A DNA stretch of 64,000 nucleotides, taken from positions 5,786 to 69,785 of the forward strand of contig JAJECK010000016.1 in assembly GCA_022822085.1 (NCBI GenBank). Reading direction: 5' to 3'. The notes under the pieces are model-generated. The model did no database searches and was not told the origin of the DNA. It was given only the letters and a program-made list of their open reading frames with translations. The translations under genes were made by a program, and so were the position numbers. How positions within the stretch are numbered: position 1 is the stretch's first letter; every line of letters starts with the position of its first letter. This DNA is from Candidatus Poribacteria bacterium (GTDB taxonomy: Bacteria; Poribacteria; WGA-4E; WGA-3G). Below, piece by piece: positions 16,424 through 26,268 of the stretch.

Positions 16424-19400
16424 CTAAGTTTCAGAAACAGAGATGCGTTTCACAACTACAAGCGTCATATCATCATATTGTTCTGCCTCCTGAACAAATT
16501 CCTGCACATCATCAAAAATAGATTGTATCATTTCTTCAGCACCACTTTCTTCTGGTATATTTGCGATCAGATCATTTAATCGATCTGTTCCGTACATCTC
16601 TTGTTGTGAGTTGAGTGCTTCAATCAGACCATCTGAATGGAAGATTAAGAAATCACCCTCATTTAAGTCAAATGTAGCAGCTTCATATTCAACGTTTTTC
16701 CTACTACCCAGCGGAAGATCGCTTGTTTCGATTTCAAAGATTTGATCACCCCTTTTATGTATGGGGTAGGGTTGTCCACCGTTTGCATAATCAATGGTTT
16801 TCTCAGATTCATCGAGGACTGCTAAGTTGAGTGCGATAAAACTGGGTCCATACATCCGGGGAGACAAACCTGCATTCAGATCAGATAGAATGACATCTGC
16901 CTTGGATTTATAGCGAGCGACTTCATGTAACATGCCATTCGTCAACACAGCGTTCATCGCTCCGCGGATCCCTTTACCCGCAGCATCAGCAACCGCTACT
17001 GCAGTCTGTCCGTTTGCCACGGTTAGATAATCGAAAAAGTCTCCACCGACTTGTGTAGCAGGAATAGACCTACCAGCAATATCAAAATAATTTGTATGTG
17101 GTGCTTCAGTCGGTAAAAGTGCCATTTGTATGTTTTGTGCTTCATTCAACTCTGCCCGAATACGTTGAACTTCAGCTTCTTCTTTTTCTCGCATTTCAAG
17201 TCGTAGCTGTGCGGTATGTCTTCTATTCACAATCAATCTAAAGATCAAAGATCCGACAGCACCCACAAATATTAGTGTAGGTAAATAGTTACGCCACCGA
17301 CTCCATATCGGTTTATCTATAGTAAAATTAAGTGCCGCGGGTTGTCGTGTATAGGGCCATCCTTCACGAAATGCCGTTATCAAAAATGTATAATCCCCTG
17401 ATTTTAAACCTTCATAACGTATAGAAGGTAAACTACCAGGTACACCTTTTTGTGGGGCTTGATAGAATTTCTTTACACCATTACCTAAAGTTGATTTACT
17501 GGGCGTCTGTGCATCCGATGAAACGCGTGAATAACCAATGTCATCAATTCCAATTAATCTATAATGATATTCAAGGTCATCTCTGAGTGGATTTATACCT
17601 TGAAAATGGATAGTTATATCCTTAATGCGTGCTGGGAGTAGTTCTTCAATTTCAGTAATCATCTGATTGCTTGATTCTATGCTAAACGGTTCAGTGAACG
17701 ACTTTCCAGCGTCCACAGAGACGATACGACAAAACGGTAGTGCCCCAAGATTTGCCCGATACTGTGTGGCTCCGCCTTCAGTACCAAACCACAATTCCTG
17801 TTCGTTTGCTGCGTGGATACTTGATACATTATTGTGAATGAGACCGTCCTTGGTAGTAACTGACTGGAATGAGTTCCCATCATATCTGACTACGCCACCA
17901 CCCCATGTAGCAAACCATAAGTTACCCCAACGGTCTTCATAGACATCCCGTAAGTCATCAACAAGAAAACCATCGTCTGTAGTATAAGTAGTTACTTCCT
18001 GACCATTATATCGAATTGCCCCTTGTGACGTGGCTAACCAGAGATCACCATCTGTGGAGGTAATTGCCCCATTAACTTTCTCAATTGTTACAGAAACTGC
18101 ATTTTTTAATTCTGCTCCATGATATGTTTTGATACTATCATGAAAAACAAAAGTGTTCGCTTCAATTGTGTTCTGATCAGATGTAGCAGTTTGAACAGAC
18201 AATAGTGGTGCTCCACTCGCTGCTCCAGGAAGTTCTGTCAATGTATTTCGGACATCAGGATTCTGCCAATACATTAACTGACCGCTCACTGTGTTATAAA
18301 ACCATTGGACGACATTTCCATCAGCATCAACTATAACAGGAATTACGGATTGAAGTTGTAGTACTTCGGTATGTGTATATCCACCTACGTAATTTGCACC
18401 TATACTTATATTTGAAAATCGCTTGACATTCCCTTTATCATAGTAGCACCATAATCTATCTTTTTGGTCTGTGTGAAGGGCGGTTACTGCAGCAGATGGT
18501 GAGGGTAGAGTTTCTTCGGTATTAAATGAGATTCTACTGATTTTTCCGTCAGGTGAAAGACGGTGCAGTCCGTTACCTCTTGGAAGGAAAACCGATCCAC
18601 CTAATACAATCCAAGGGTTGTTTCCAGCTGTAACAATTGGTGCTGCATCATTGTAGATTGTCTCTCCTCCTGGACCAATATCTGCTTTTATAAAAAGTAA
18701 TAATTTTTCAAATTTCTCATCTTTATATCTGAAGATTCTGTATAAGGTCAACGGATCTTTGGATAGAATAGGTTTGTCGAGAAACCAGATATAACCATCC
18801 GCTTCAAAAATATGTGATATCTCTGTGCGTCTATTTTTATTAGGATTGTTATCAAGTTTTATCTCAATACTAAATGAATTGGTTCTATAAACAATGTCTG
18901 TTAGATTGTGTTGTTTGAGAATTTCCTCATTTTCGTCGTATTGTGCCACTCCTCCAGGAATACTAAACCACAAAGTTCCTGTGCTGTCTGATTCCATCAA
19001 TCTAACACTATTGCTGCCCAATAAAGTTCGGGTTGTATGATTTACGATGACAGGTTGTTGTTCATAGGATGTCACACCGTTATCATGACCAAACCAGATT
19101 TTGCCATCCAATGCTTCAAAAATAGTGAGAATGTTATCACTTCCAAGTCCTTGATCAACTCTGTATACCTTCGGTTGTAACTCCGTTGAATCTGTTTTAG
19201 ATTCCTCCAAATCAAAGATTGTGTTCTTTTGTTCTTCAAAATATTTGCTCTCGTAGACATAAGCACCCGTTTTAGTTGCAAACCAAAGTTTGTTCCATGC
19301 ATCTTCAATTTCAAACGCTCCCCGCAAGTTGACACTTTGATTTGAATTAGGATTTTCAGTGCTTAATCGTTGTATCGTCCTGCCGTCCCACCAACTCAAT

Positions 19401-20299
19401 TGTCTATTGTCACTAAACCATATTCTCCCATATACATCATTCTTTACTGATACATTCATTTTTCCACTGATGGTAGTTGTAAGAGCTGACGCGCTTGAAC
19501 TGTAAGTTTCCGTAGAGACACGTAAAATATCCACGAATTGATTCCCATCATAACTTAATAGAAGTGATTGCCCCCCAAACCAGAGAAGATCATCACGGTC
19601 TTGCATAATCACTTCCACCGTTCGATCTTTTGGAAGATTCGGTATATTTTCCACCCTTTCTAAGTTTCCTATCGGGCCCAAATTACCGGCATCCCGGAAT
19701 TTCATAATTAGTGCACCTTGTGCATCATGTCCACCTATCCAGAATGTCCCATCTTTACTATGAAAAATGATATTAATTATTGCAACGGAAGTCCCAACGA
19801 TGGGCTGTTGATAAGGTAGTGTGCTATTATCTATGACAGATGTTGAATAGCGTTTAATTAAATTATTACTACCAATCCAGATATTTCCCTCATTATCTAC
19901 TGCAAGACACGTCCCTTCGGTAACTTTTCTAAATGAAGTCCCATCATACCAACTAATAACGCCTTTACCTTCAGCGGGATGTTTACTCAGAAACCAAATA
20001 TGACCCCACTTATCTTCTACAATAGTCTTAGTTCTACCACGAAACTCCCCAGTGTTCCCAGCGTCATGTGTAAATGTGTTACCGTCATATTGACTTACAC
20101 CACCACGATCTGACCCGAACCAAAGCACACCACGGCTATCCTGAAAAATGATAGGTACTATTGGACCTACCAGTCCATCAGCCACAGTGTAACTTTTCAT
20201 CTGTTCAAATGCTGCGGTATATTCTGTGATACCGAAGCAGATACTCAATAATAGAATAAGTATAAATGTTAACAGTCGTTTCAAAATTAACCACCTCAA
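16424..20299 (-). CDS. Sensor protein: periplasmic two-component-regulator-propeller repeats, Y_Y_Y-like region, TM segment and a PP2C/SpoIIE-family phosphatase
   Basis: Signal/TM at the N-terminus. Repeated ..G.LWFGT..GG...YDG motifs. A TM segment (YLPTLIFVGAVGSLIFRLIV) is followed by a coiled region and a SpoIIE-type domain (GGDFFDY..., DAAGKGIRGA..., FHSDGLIEA). Confidence 0.75.
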   Translation of the reverse strand: MRWLILKRLLTFILILLLSICFGITEYTAAFEQMKSYTVADGLVGPIVPIIFQDSRGVLWFGSDRGGVSQYDGNTFTHDAGNTGEFRGRTKTIVEDKWGHIWFLSKHPAEGKGVISWYDGTSFRKVTEGTCLAVDNEGNIWIGSNNLIKRYSTSVIDNSTLPYQQPIVGTSVAIINIIFHSKDGTFWIGGHDAQGALIMKFRDAGNLGPIGNLERVENIPNLPKDRTVEVIMQDRDDLLWFGGQSLLLSYDGNQFVDILRVSTETYSSSASALTTTISGKMNVSVKNDVYGRIWFSDNRQLSWWDGRTIQRLSTENPNSNQSVNLRGAFEIEDAWNKLWFATKTGAYVYESKYFEEQKNTIFDLEESKTDSTELQPKVYRVDQGLGSDNILTIFEALDGKIWFGHDNGVTSYEQQPVIVNHTTRTLLGSNSVRLMESDSTGTLWFSIPGGVAQYDENEEILKQHNLTDIVYRTNSFSIEIKLDNNPNKNRRTEISHIFEADGYIWFLDKPILSKDPLTLYRIFRYKDEKFEKLLLFIKADIGPGGETIYNDAAPIVTAGNNPWIVLGGSVFLPRGNGLHRLSPDGKISRISFNTEETLPSPSAAVTALHTDQKDRLWCYYDKGNVKRFSNISIGANYVGGYTHTEVLQLQSVIPVIVDADGNVVQWFYNTVSGQLMYWQNPDVRNTLTELPGAASGAPLLSVQTATSDQNTIEANTFVFHDSIKTYHGAELKNAVSVTIEKVNGAITSTDGDLWLATSQGAIRYNGQEVTTYTTDDGFLVDDLRDVYEDRWGNLWFATWGGGVVRYDGNSFQSVTTKDGLIHNNVSSIHAANEQELWFGTEGGATQYRANLGALPFCRIVSVDAGKSFTEPFSIESSNQMITEIEELLPARIKDITIHFQGINPLRDDLEYHYRLIGIDDIGYSRVSSDAQTPSKSTLGNGVKKFYQAPQKGVPGSLPSIRYEGLKSGDYTFLITAFREGWPYTRQPAALNFTIDKPIWSRWRNYLPTLIFVGAVGSLIFRLIVNRRHTAQLRLEMREKEEAEVQRIRAELNEAQNIQMALLPTEAPHTNYFDIAGRSIPATQVGGDFFDYLTVANGQTAVAVADAAGKGIRGAMNAVLTNGMLHEVARYKSKADVILSDLNAGLSPRMYGPSFIALNLAVLDESEKTIDYANGGQPYPIHKRGDQIFEIETSDLPLGSRKNVEYEAATFDLNEGDFLIFHSDGLIEALNSQQEMYGTDRLNDLIANIPEESGAEEMIQSIFDDVQEFVQEAEQYDDMTLVVVKRISVSET

Positions 20300-20301
20300 G
20301 T

Positions 20302-21480
20302 TTATCGTGAGGAAAATTCTCTAATTCGCGAAATTGCCTCTTCAATCACTTTGTCAGGATAAGTCAATGAAATACGGAAATAGCCTTCACTCCATTGTCC
20401 GTAACCGAGCCCTGGTGTAACAACGACACCCGCATCTTCAAGTAGAGCAGTAGCAAAAGCACGACTTGATCCATCAAAACGTTCTGGCACGGGTGCCCAT
20501 ACATACATAGTTGCTTTCGGTTTTTCAATAGACCATCCACTCTGTTTTAGTGCATCAACCACCGTGTCTCTACGTTTTTGATATATGCTATTGAGTTTTG
20601 GTGTAACTTCGTCTGCAATTGAAAGTGCCTTCGCTCCTGAGTATTGTAATGCACGCAATGAACCGTTGTCAATATTGTCTTTTACCTTTTTCACAGATTC
20701 AACAGCAGTAGCATTACCGGCAACAAACCCCAATCGCCACCCTGTCATATTGAATGCTTTGCTTAAGGAGAAGAATTCAACTGCGACTTCATCCGCGCCC
20801 TTCACCTGAAGTATGCTTGGTGATTTATACCCATCATAAGTATTTTCACTATATGCGTTGTCATGTGCAATGAGTATGTTGTTCTGTCTGCCAAATTCAA
20901 TTGCGCGTTCAAAAAAGTCTAATTCAGCGACAGCCGTAGTAGGATTGTTTGGATAGTTTATCCAAAGGACTTTAGCAAGACGTTTCACTTCAACGGGAAT
21001 GGCATCAAAGTCAACATAGAAATCATTTTCTCTTAGAAGCGGTGCATAGTATGTAGTCGCACTCGCAAATACATGTCCAATGTTATATGTCGGATAACCA
21101 GGACTTGCAGCAATTCCTACATCACCAGGATTTAGTATGCCTAATGCCATTTTGACAATTGCATCTTTGCTACCGAGTGTCGTTACGATCTGATTCTCCT
21201 GTAAGGAAACACCGAAGCGATTTTGATAAAAATCACTCACTGCCTGCGGGAATTCGTCAACTGGATTGTCGCATCCGTAACGATGTCTATCAGGGTCTTC
21301 AGAGTTTTGGATTGTACTACATAATGTTTCCACTACCGGGTCGGGTGTAGGAAAATCAGGATCTCCGATGCCAAGACTTATGACATCAACTCCTCGTTCT
21401 TTGGCTGCCTCCATTTTTTGTCGTAAATCCACAAAAAGATAGGGTGGAAGTTTCTGTAACCGTTCTGCAATTGTAATCAA
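20302..21480 (-). CDS. dapL: Class I/II PLP aminotransferase, LL-diaminopimelate aminotransferase-like
   Basis: The N-terminus ..AERLQKLPPYLFVDLRQKMEAAKERGVDVISLGIGDPDFPTP is typical of proteins annotated LL-DAP aminotransferase. PLP-Lys context FSLSKAFNMTGWRLG. dapB lies in the same strand block. Specificity is not provable from sequence. Confidence 0.55.
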   Translation of the reverse strand: MITIAERLQKLPPYLFVDLRQKMEAAKERGVDVISLGIGDPDFPTPDPVVETLCSTIQNSEDPDRHRYGCDNPVDEFPQAVSDFYQNRFGVSLQENQIVTTLGSKDAIVKMALGILNPGDVGIAASPGYPTYNIGHVFASATTYYAPLLRENDFYVDFDAIPVEVKRLAKVLWINYPNNPTTAVAELDFFERAIEFGRQNNILIAHDNAYSENTYDGYKSPSILQVKGADEVAVEFFSLSKAFNMTGWRLGFVAGNATAVESVKKVKDNIDNGSLRALQYSGAKALSIADEVTPKLNSIYQKRRDTVVDALKQSGWSIEKPKATMYVWAPVPERFDGSSRAFATALLEDAGVVVTPGLGYGQWSEGYFRISLTYPDKVIEEAISRIREFSSR

Positions 21481-21498
21481 AGTAATGTCTTCTCCTTA

Positions 21499-22242
21499 TT
21501 ATTTAAGATGTAGGATAACTTGTTGTGTTTCATTGAGTTGGTTCATGACGTTGGGACTGAAATGCAAACCTTGTCCACCCCAATCGGGCATATAACCTAC
21601 GCTATAACAGTAGTAAAGTGTCCTGCGCGGTTTTCCAGATACATTAATGACGGAGCCGTGTGTAAGTGCTTCTGTAAATATTATTGCATCTCCTGCTTTA
21701 GCCGGAATAGGCATCAGCACAGGGTTTTCATCTGGATGACTTCCCCACGGTTTAGGAAAATTGCTCTTATGTGCACCAGGGATTACAGCGAAACAGCCAT
21801 CTTCTTCTTCACAATCCAACATAGGAAATACTGCCTTTGTTAGTGTAGAGACCATCTCACCATTTTTACAATGGTATTGACACTTTGGAATAATAGGTGT
21901 TCCATGCATGTGTAATCCAGTATAACCACCACCCCACCGATATATTGTATAGGTATGATTTAAACGATACGGACCACCGGTTACTCCCGCTACTACATCA
22001 AGCACTTCAGGAATATCAACGAGTGGATTAAAAGCACTATCTGCTTCCAATATATTTGATATGTAGAGTTCCTTCTCTGTTCGTTCTGTACCCAAACATA
22101 ACGGGTCAGGGTAATCACTTGGGTTCATGTTCTCATACTTATCAAGCACCGCGTTGCATGCCTTAATGACATCCTCCGAGACAACATTTTTCAAGACAAT
22201 GTACCCTTGTAAATCAAATAGATATTTTTGTTCACCTGTCAT
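21499..22242 (-). CDS. PhyH-family dioxygenase-like protein
   Basis: MTGEQKYLFDLQGYIVLKNVVSEDVI.. is a typical PhyH N-terminus, and the size is right. This is the second PhyH-like gene in the window. Confidence 0.55.
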   Translation of the reverse strand: MTGEQKYLFDLQGYIVLKNVVSEDVIKACNAVLDKYENMNPSDYPDPLCLGTERTEKELYISNILEADSAFNPLVDIPEVLDVVAGVTGGPYRLNHTYTIYRWGGGYTGLHMHGTPIIPKCQYHCKNGEMVSTLTKAVFPMLDCEEEDGCFAVIPGAHKSNFPKPWGSHPDENPVLMPIPAKAGDAIIFTEALTHGSVINVSGKPRRTLYYCYSVGYMPDWGGQGLHFSPNVMNQLNETQQVILHLK

Positions 22243-22254
22243 AATCCTATTTCC

Positions 22255-24342
22255 TTATTCGGCCTCAAGTATCTCATACTTGAGGATTGTTCCACCTTGT
22301 CCAGTAATTAATCCTGAGTTGGAACTGCTCATGTGTATAGCAGTGAGGTCTGTTCGTGTATGTGTTCGTTGGGGTCTCCAGTTTGTTCCTCCATCTGTTG
22401 TCCGTAGAACAAGTCCCTCTTTACCAACAATCCATCCTTCTTGTTTTGAAATAAAAAACACATCATAGAGAAAGTTCTGTGTGTTGCTTTCTTGTTTTAT
22501 CCAGCTATTTCCACTATCATCGGTATGAAATATCAAGCCATCCACGCCAACTACCCATCCGATTTTTGATGATACAAAATAGACAGCATTTAACCAGACA
22601 TTCTGAGTAACATTCATTTTCGTGAGTTGGCGTGTGAGTGTAGATAGTTGCCACTGTTTACCGCCATCATTCGTATATAAAAGTGTTCCAAATAATCCAA
22701 CTACCCACCCTTCAGTTTTAGACGTAAAGTGAATATCAAACAGGTTAAATGTAACACCACTTTTTTGTTGGGACCATGTTTTTCCGCCATTGGAAGTATG
22801 TACGATTTCACCCGCACTTCCAACACACCAACCTACATTTTCATCAACAAAGAACACGGCAAGTAGGTCTTGTTCTGTGTTAGAGGTTTGTCGTTGCCAG
22901 ACTACACCCCCATTTGTTGTATGTAAAATCACACCTGCTTCTGCAACTGCCCACCCTTTTTTCGGCGTTACAAAATGTGTTCCGCCAAAGCACTCGGTAG
23001 TTCTGCTATCTTGTGCTTTCCAATTAGAACCGTTATCATCTGTTTGTAAAATAGCACCGCGATCCCCAACGACATACCCTTTATTATTGGAAGTGATACA
23101 GATATCAAAAAGTAAGTGTGTTGGACTTGATTGCGCTTCCCATGTTATACCACCGTTACGTGTATGCAGTATCGTCCCGTTTTCTCCAACTGCCCAACCG
23201 AGTTTATTGGAAACAAAGTCAACACCTAATAAGAGTGCATCGGCACTGTTGTGAAAGCGTGGTCCACCTCGTTGGTGTTTCCATAAACTGCTACCATCTT
23301 TCTTCATATCTGATGCGATATGAAGAATTACACCCAAATCTCCCACAATCCACCCGTGCTGATTGTCTGCAAAGTCAACATCGTAGAGCGTGAATGTGTG
23401 TAATGGTTCATTTCCAAGATATTCGGGTTGTCCGTATTTTTCTGTGTGTCGCTCGTTAGTTCCTTCGGTGAGAAATCTCCAAGTTTGCCCTCCATCGCTG
23501 GTTACATATATACTCCGTCTATCTCCAACAACCCATCCATTCATCCTATCAACAAAATGTAGACTAAAGAGTGCGGGTTTAGTCTTGAATTGTTCTTGCC
23601 AGGTCTGTCCACCATCCTGAGTATGGTAGATATAACCTGAGTTGTTTGGGTTATTGGGTGTATTGTATGTGATGATCCAACCGTGCGTATTATCAATAAA
23701 TTGTATTCCTTTTATTGATTTCCTTTCAAAACGGTTACCAATGATTTCAAATGTTTTACCACCGTCTACAGATTTGAGTAGTGTTCCCCAATCACCAACG
23801 ATCCAGCAGTTTTCCTTCCCAATATAGAGACTGTGCAAATCGTACTGTGTCCCTGATTCGAGCCTTAGCCAAGTTTTCCCGCCATCGGTTGTCCGAATAA
23901 TAACACCACCTTCACCGACAGACCACCCTTCGCTACTATTGCGAAAATACACTTTACGTAGCGGATTGCCAAAAACTGTGCTATGTTGTCTGGACCAATT
24001 TTTCCCACCATCCTCAGTATGAAGAATGATACTCTCTGCACCATCCGTGTAGGATCGGTCGGATTCATTGACATTGTGATCTGATGCCAATCCGACTGAA
24101 TTACCTACTGCCCACCCATGTGTTTCAGAAATAAAATGGACATCATATAGTCGTGCACTCCAATCTCCTTCTAAAACTGTTTTCCATATACCTATAGAAT
24201 TTTTCGAAGTGTTGCTGCATCCGAGAACTGATATAATTACAACAAGATGTAACAGGAAGAGGCATATTAGTATTCCATTTGCGGACTTATTGCTTCTTTC
24301 CAAAAAGGACTTCGCTAACATCGTGTAATCCTCGCGGTGCAT
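22255..24342 (-). CDS. Lipoprotein with BNR/Asp-box (Ycf48/sortilin-like) double beta-propeller
   Basis: There are at least 12 copies of the S/T-x-D-G-G-x-T-W Asp-box (TEDGGKNW, TTDGGKTW, SVDGGKTF, TQDGGQTW, TSDGGQTW, TRNGGITW, TDDNGSNW, TTNGGVVW, TSNGGKTW, TNDGGKQW, TDDSGNSW, TTDGGTNW). The lipobox is ISVLGC. The start may be the internal Met at 24321. Confidence 0.75.
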   Translation of the reverse strand: MHREDYTMLAKSFLERSNKSANGILICLFLLHLVVIISVLGCSNTSKNSIGIWKTVLEGDWSARLYDVHFISETHGWAVGNSVGLASDHNVNESDRSYTDGAESIILHTEDGGKNWSRQHSTVFGNPLRKVYFRNSSEGWSVGEGGVIIRTTDGGKTWLRLESGTQYDLHSLYIGKENCWIVGDWGTLLKSVDGGKTFEIIGNRFERKSIKGIQFIDNTHGWIITYNTPNNPNNSGYIYHTQDGGQTWQEQFKTKPALFSLHFVDRMNGWVVGDRRSIYVTSDGGQTWRFLTEGTNERHTEKYGQPEYLGNEPLHTFTLYDVDFADNQHGWIVGDLGVILHIASDMKKDGSSLWKHQRGGPRFHNSADALLLGVDFVSNKLGWAVGENGTILHTRNGGITWEAQSSPTHLLFDICITSNNKGYVVGDRGAILQTDDNGSNWKAQDSRTTECFGGTHFVTPKKGWAVAEAGVILHTTNGGVVWQRQTSNTEQDLLAVFFVDENVGWCVGSAGEIVHTSNGGKTWSQQKSGVTFNLFDIHFTSKTEGWVVGLFGTLLYTNDGGKQWQLSTLTRQLTKMNVTQNVWLNAVYFVSSKIGWVVGVDGLIFHTDDSGNSWIKQESNTQNFLYDVFFISKQEGWIVGKEGLVLRTTDGGTNWRPQRTHTRTDLTAIHMSSSNSGLITGQGGTILKYEILEAE

Positions 24343-25096
24343 CTACTACCCATCTTGCGGCACGGATTGCCCCTTTTGCAAACGCCTCCGGACTGTGTGC
24401 GCGGTGTACTACACTCAGTGTTTCACCTTCTGTGGCAAACATAACAGTATGGTCACCTGCAATATCACCACCACGAATGGCGTGAATCCCAATCTGATGC
24501 TTTGGGCGCGGACCGATGATACCGTGTCGTCCGTAAACTCCCACTTCGTCCAGGTCACGTTCTACTGCTGAGGCAACAGTCTCCGCTAATCTCAGTGCTG
24601 TGCCACTCGGGGAATCCGCTTTATGATTGTGATGTGCTTCAATTACTTCAATATCGTAGTCGTCGCCAAGTGCCTTTGCAATTAGCTCCAGTGCCTGAAT
24701 CATGACGTTTACACCAAGACTCATATTCGGTGCCATGACACATTTTATCTTCGAGGCGAGTTGATGGACTTCTATTAACTCGTCTGCGTTGAATCCTGTT
24801 GTTGCCAGCACCATAGCTTTATCTGCATCTACAACTTGTTTGAGATGTTCCAACGATGCTTCAGGTGATGAAAATTCAATCGCAACATCTGCGTTTGCAA
24901 TCACATCATTGAGATCACCCGTAATTGCAATTCCGAGTTCTCCTATACCTGCTACGACACCAACATCAGTGCCAATTTCTGGATGTGTAGCAAATTCGGT
25001 TGCACCGACAATTTGCATATCATCTTGCTGTGTAACGCCTTGCGTTATGAGTCTTCCCATGCGCCCACATGCACCATTAACTACTACATGTATCAT
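24287..25096 (-). CDS. dapB: 4-hydroxy-tetrahydrodipicolinate reductase
   Basis: N-terminal Rossmann motif VVNGACGRMGR. The diagnostic motif EAHHNHKADSPSGTA is present. Size is 269 aa. Confidence 0.9.
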   Translation of the reverse strand: MIHVVVNGACGRMGRLITQGVTQQDDMQIVGATEFATHPEIGTDVGVVAGIGELGIAITGDLNDVIANADVAIEFSSPEASLEHLKQVVDADKAMVLATTGFNADELIEVHQLASKIKCVMAPNMSLGVNVMIQALELIAKALGDDYDIEVIEAHHNHKADSPSGTALRLAETVASAVERDLDEVGVYGRHGIIGPRPKHQIGIHAIRGGDIAGDHTVMFATEGETLSVVHRAHSPEAFAKGAIRAARWVVDAPRGLHDVSEVLFGKKQ

Positions 25097-25220
25097 GCTT
25101 ATTTCCTTTGGTCTTGGATTGATTTCACAATACTTTAGTATATCACATTAACAAAACAATTCGCATAAAAATATGCTATTGTATAAGAACTTCAAACGAT
25201 TATCCAGTTCCTGACTACAA

Positions 25221-26114
25221 TCAAGTTGAAAGGGATACTTGTTCTTTAGCATGATAGGAACTACGCACCAGAGGTCCTGATTCAACATGTCGAAAACCCA
25301 TTTCTAAACCTGCCTCTTTCAGTTCATCAAATTCTTCAGGGGTGTAGTATCGTTGTATAGGAAGGTGACGTGCGGAAGGAGAGAGATACTGTCCGATTGT
25401 CAGAATATCGCACCCAGTTTCGCTGATGTCTTGCATGGTTTCCAAAAGTTCAACCACTGTTTCCCCCAAACCTACCATAAGTCCTGATTTTGTCAGTATG
25501 TTAGGTTTCAGTTTCTTACCCATTTTAAGGAGTGTCAGTGTTTGTTGATAATTTGCGTAGGGACGGGCGCGTCGGTAGAGACGTTCCACTGTTTCTGTAT
25601 TGTGATTGAGCACCTCAGGTTCTGCCTTGACAATTACCTCAAGTGCCTGCCAATTCCCCTCTAAATCAGGAATAAGCACTTCAATGGTACAATTTGGTCG
25701 TTGTTGACGTGCCGCATAGATGCAGTCTGCAAAAATGGATGCACCACCATCTGGCAAGTCATCACGATTGACTGATGTAATGACTACATGATTTAACTTC
25801 AAGTGTGCAACCGCTTCGCCAAGTCGTCTCGGTTCATCAGAATCTACACTATCGGGATTTCCTTTTTTCACTGCACAGAACATACATCGACGTGTGCACA
25901 CATCGCCTAAAATCATAAATGTTGCAGTGCGACTGTTCCAGCATTCACCAATGTTTGGACAACGCGCCTCTTCACAGACAGTATGTAGTTGTAAATCTCG
26001 CATGAGTTTTTTTAACTCTGTGTAGTTATTACCACTGGGAATACGTGCCTTGATCCATGATGGGTGTCTGCGTTTAGAAGAATTTGAGGTTACAATTGTG
26101 AGGGGTTTCATCAT
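25221..26114 (-). CDS. lipA: Lipoyl synthase
   Basis: Cys clusters CEEARCPNIGECW and the radical-SAM motif CTRRCMFCAV. The track ORF extends to 26216 but would then read through the tRNA-Sec gene. The Met-Met at 26114/26111 is the likely start. Confidence 0.9.
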   Translation of the reverse strand: MMKPLTIVTSNSSKRRHPSWIKARIPSGNNYTELKKLMRDLQLHTVCEEARCPNIGECWNSRTATFMILGDVCTRRCMFCAVKKGNPDSVDSDEPRRLGEAVAHLKLNHVVITSVNRDDLPDGGASIFADCIYAARQQRPNCTIEVLIPDLEGNWQALEVIVKAEPEVLNHNTETVERLYRRARPYANYQQTLTLLKMGKKLKPNILTKSGLMVGLGETVVELLETMQDISETGCDILTIGQYLSPSARHLPIQRYYTPEEFDELKEAGLEMGFRHVESGPLVRSSYHAKEQVSLST

Positions 26115-26140
26115 TTTGGTTTCCAATCTCACTTGGAAAA

Positions 26141-26234
26141 TGGCGGGAGAGGGTGGGAATCGAACCCACCTATCCACTTGCATGGACAAGCCGGTTTTGA
26201 AGACCGGTAGAGCCACCAGACCCTATCCTCCCCC
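26141..26234 (-). tRNA. selC: tRNA-Sec (anticodon UCA), 94 nt, CCA encoded
   Basis: Folded by hand as GGGGGAGG-AT-AGGGTC-TGGT-GGCTCT-A-CCGGT-CTTCAAA-ACCGG-[21-nt variable arm CTTGTCCATGCAAGTGGATAG]-GTGGG-TTCGATT-CCCAC-CCTCTCCC-G-CCA. The 8-bp acceptor plus 5-bp T stem, 6-bp D stem with 4-nt loop, long variable arm and UCA anticodon are the bacterial tRNA-Sec hallmarks. It lies 35 nt downstream of selB. Confidence 0.9.
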
Positions 26235-26268
26235 ATAAGTTAGACAAAGAGAATTGCAGCCATAGATT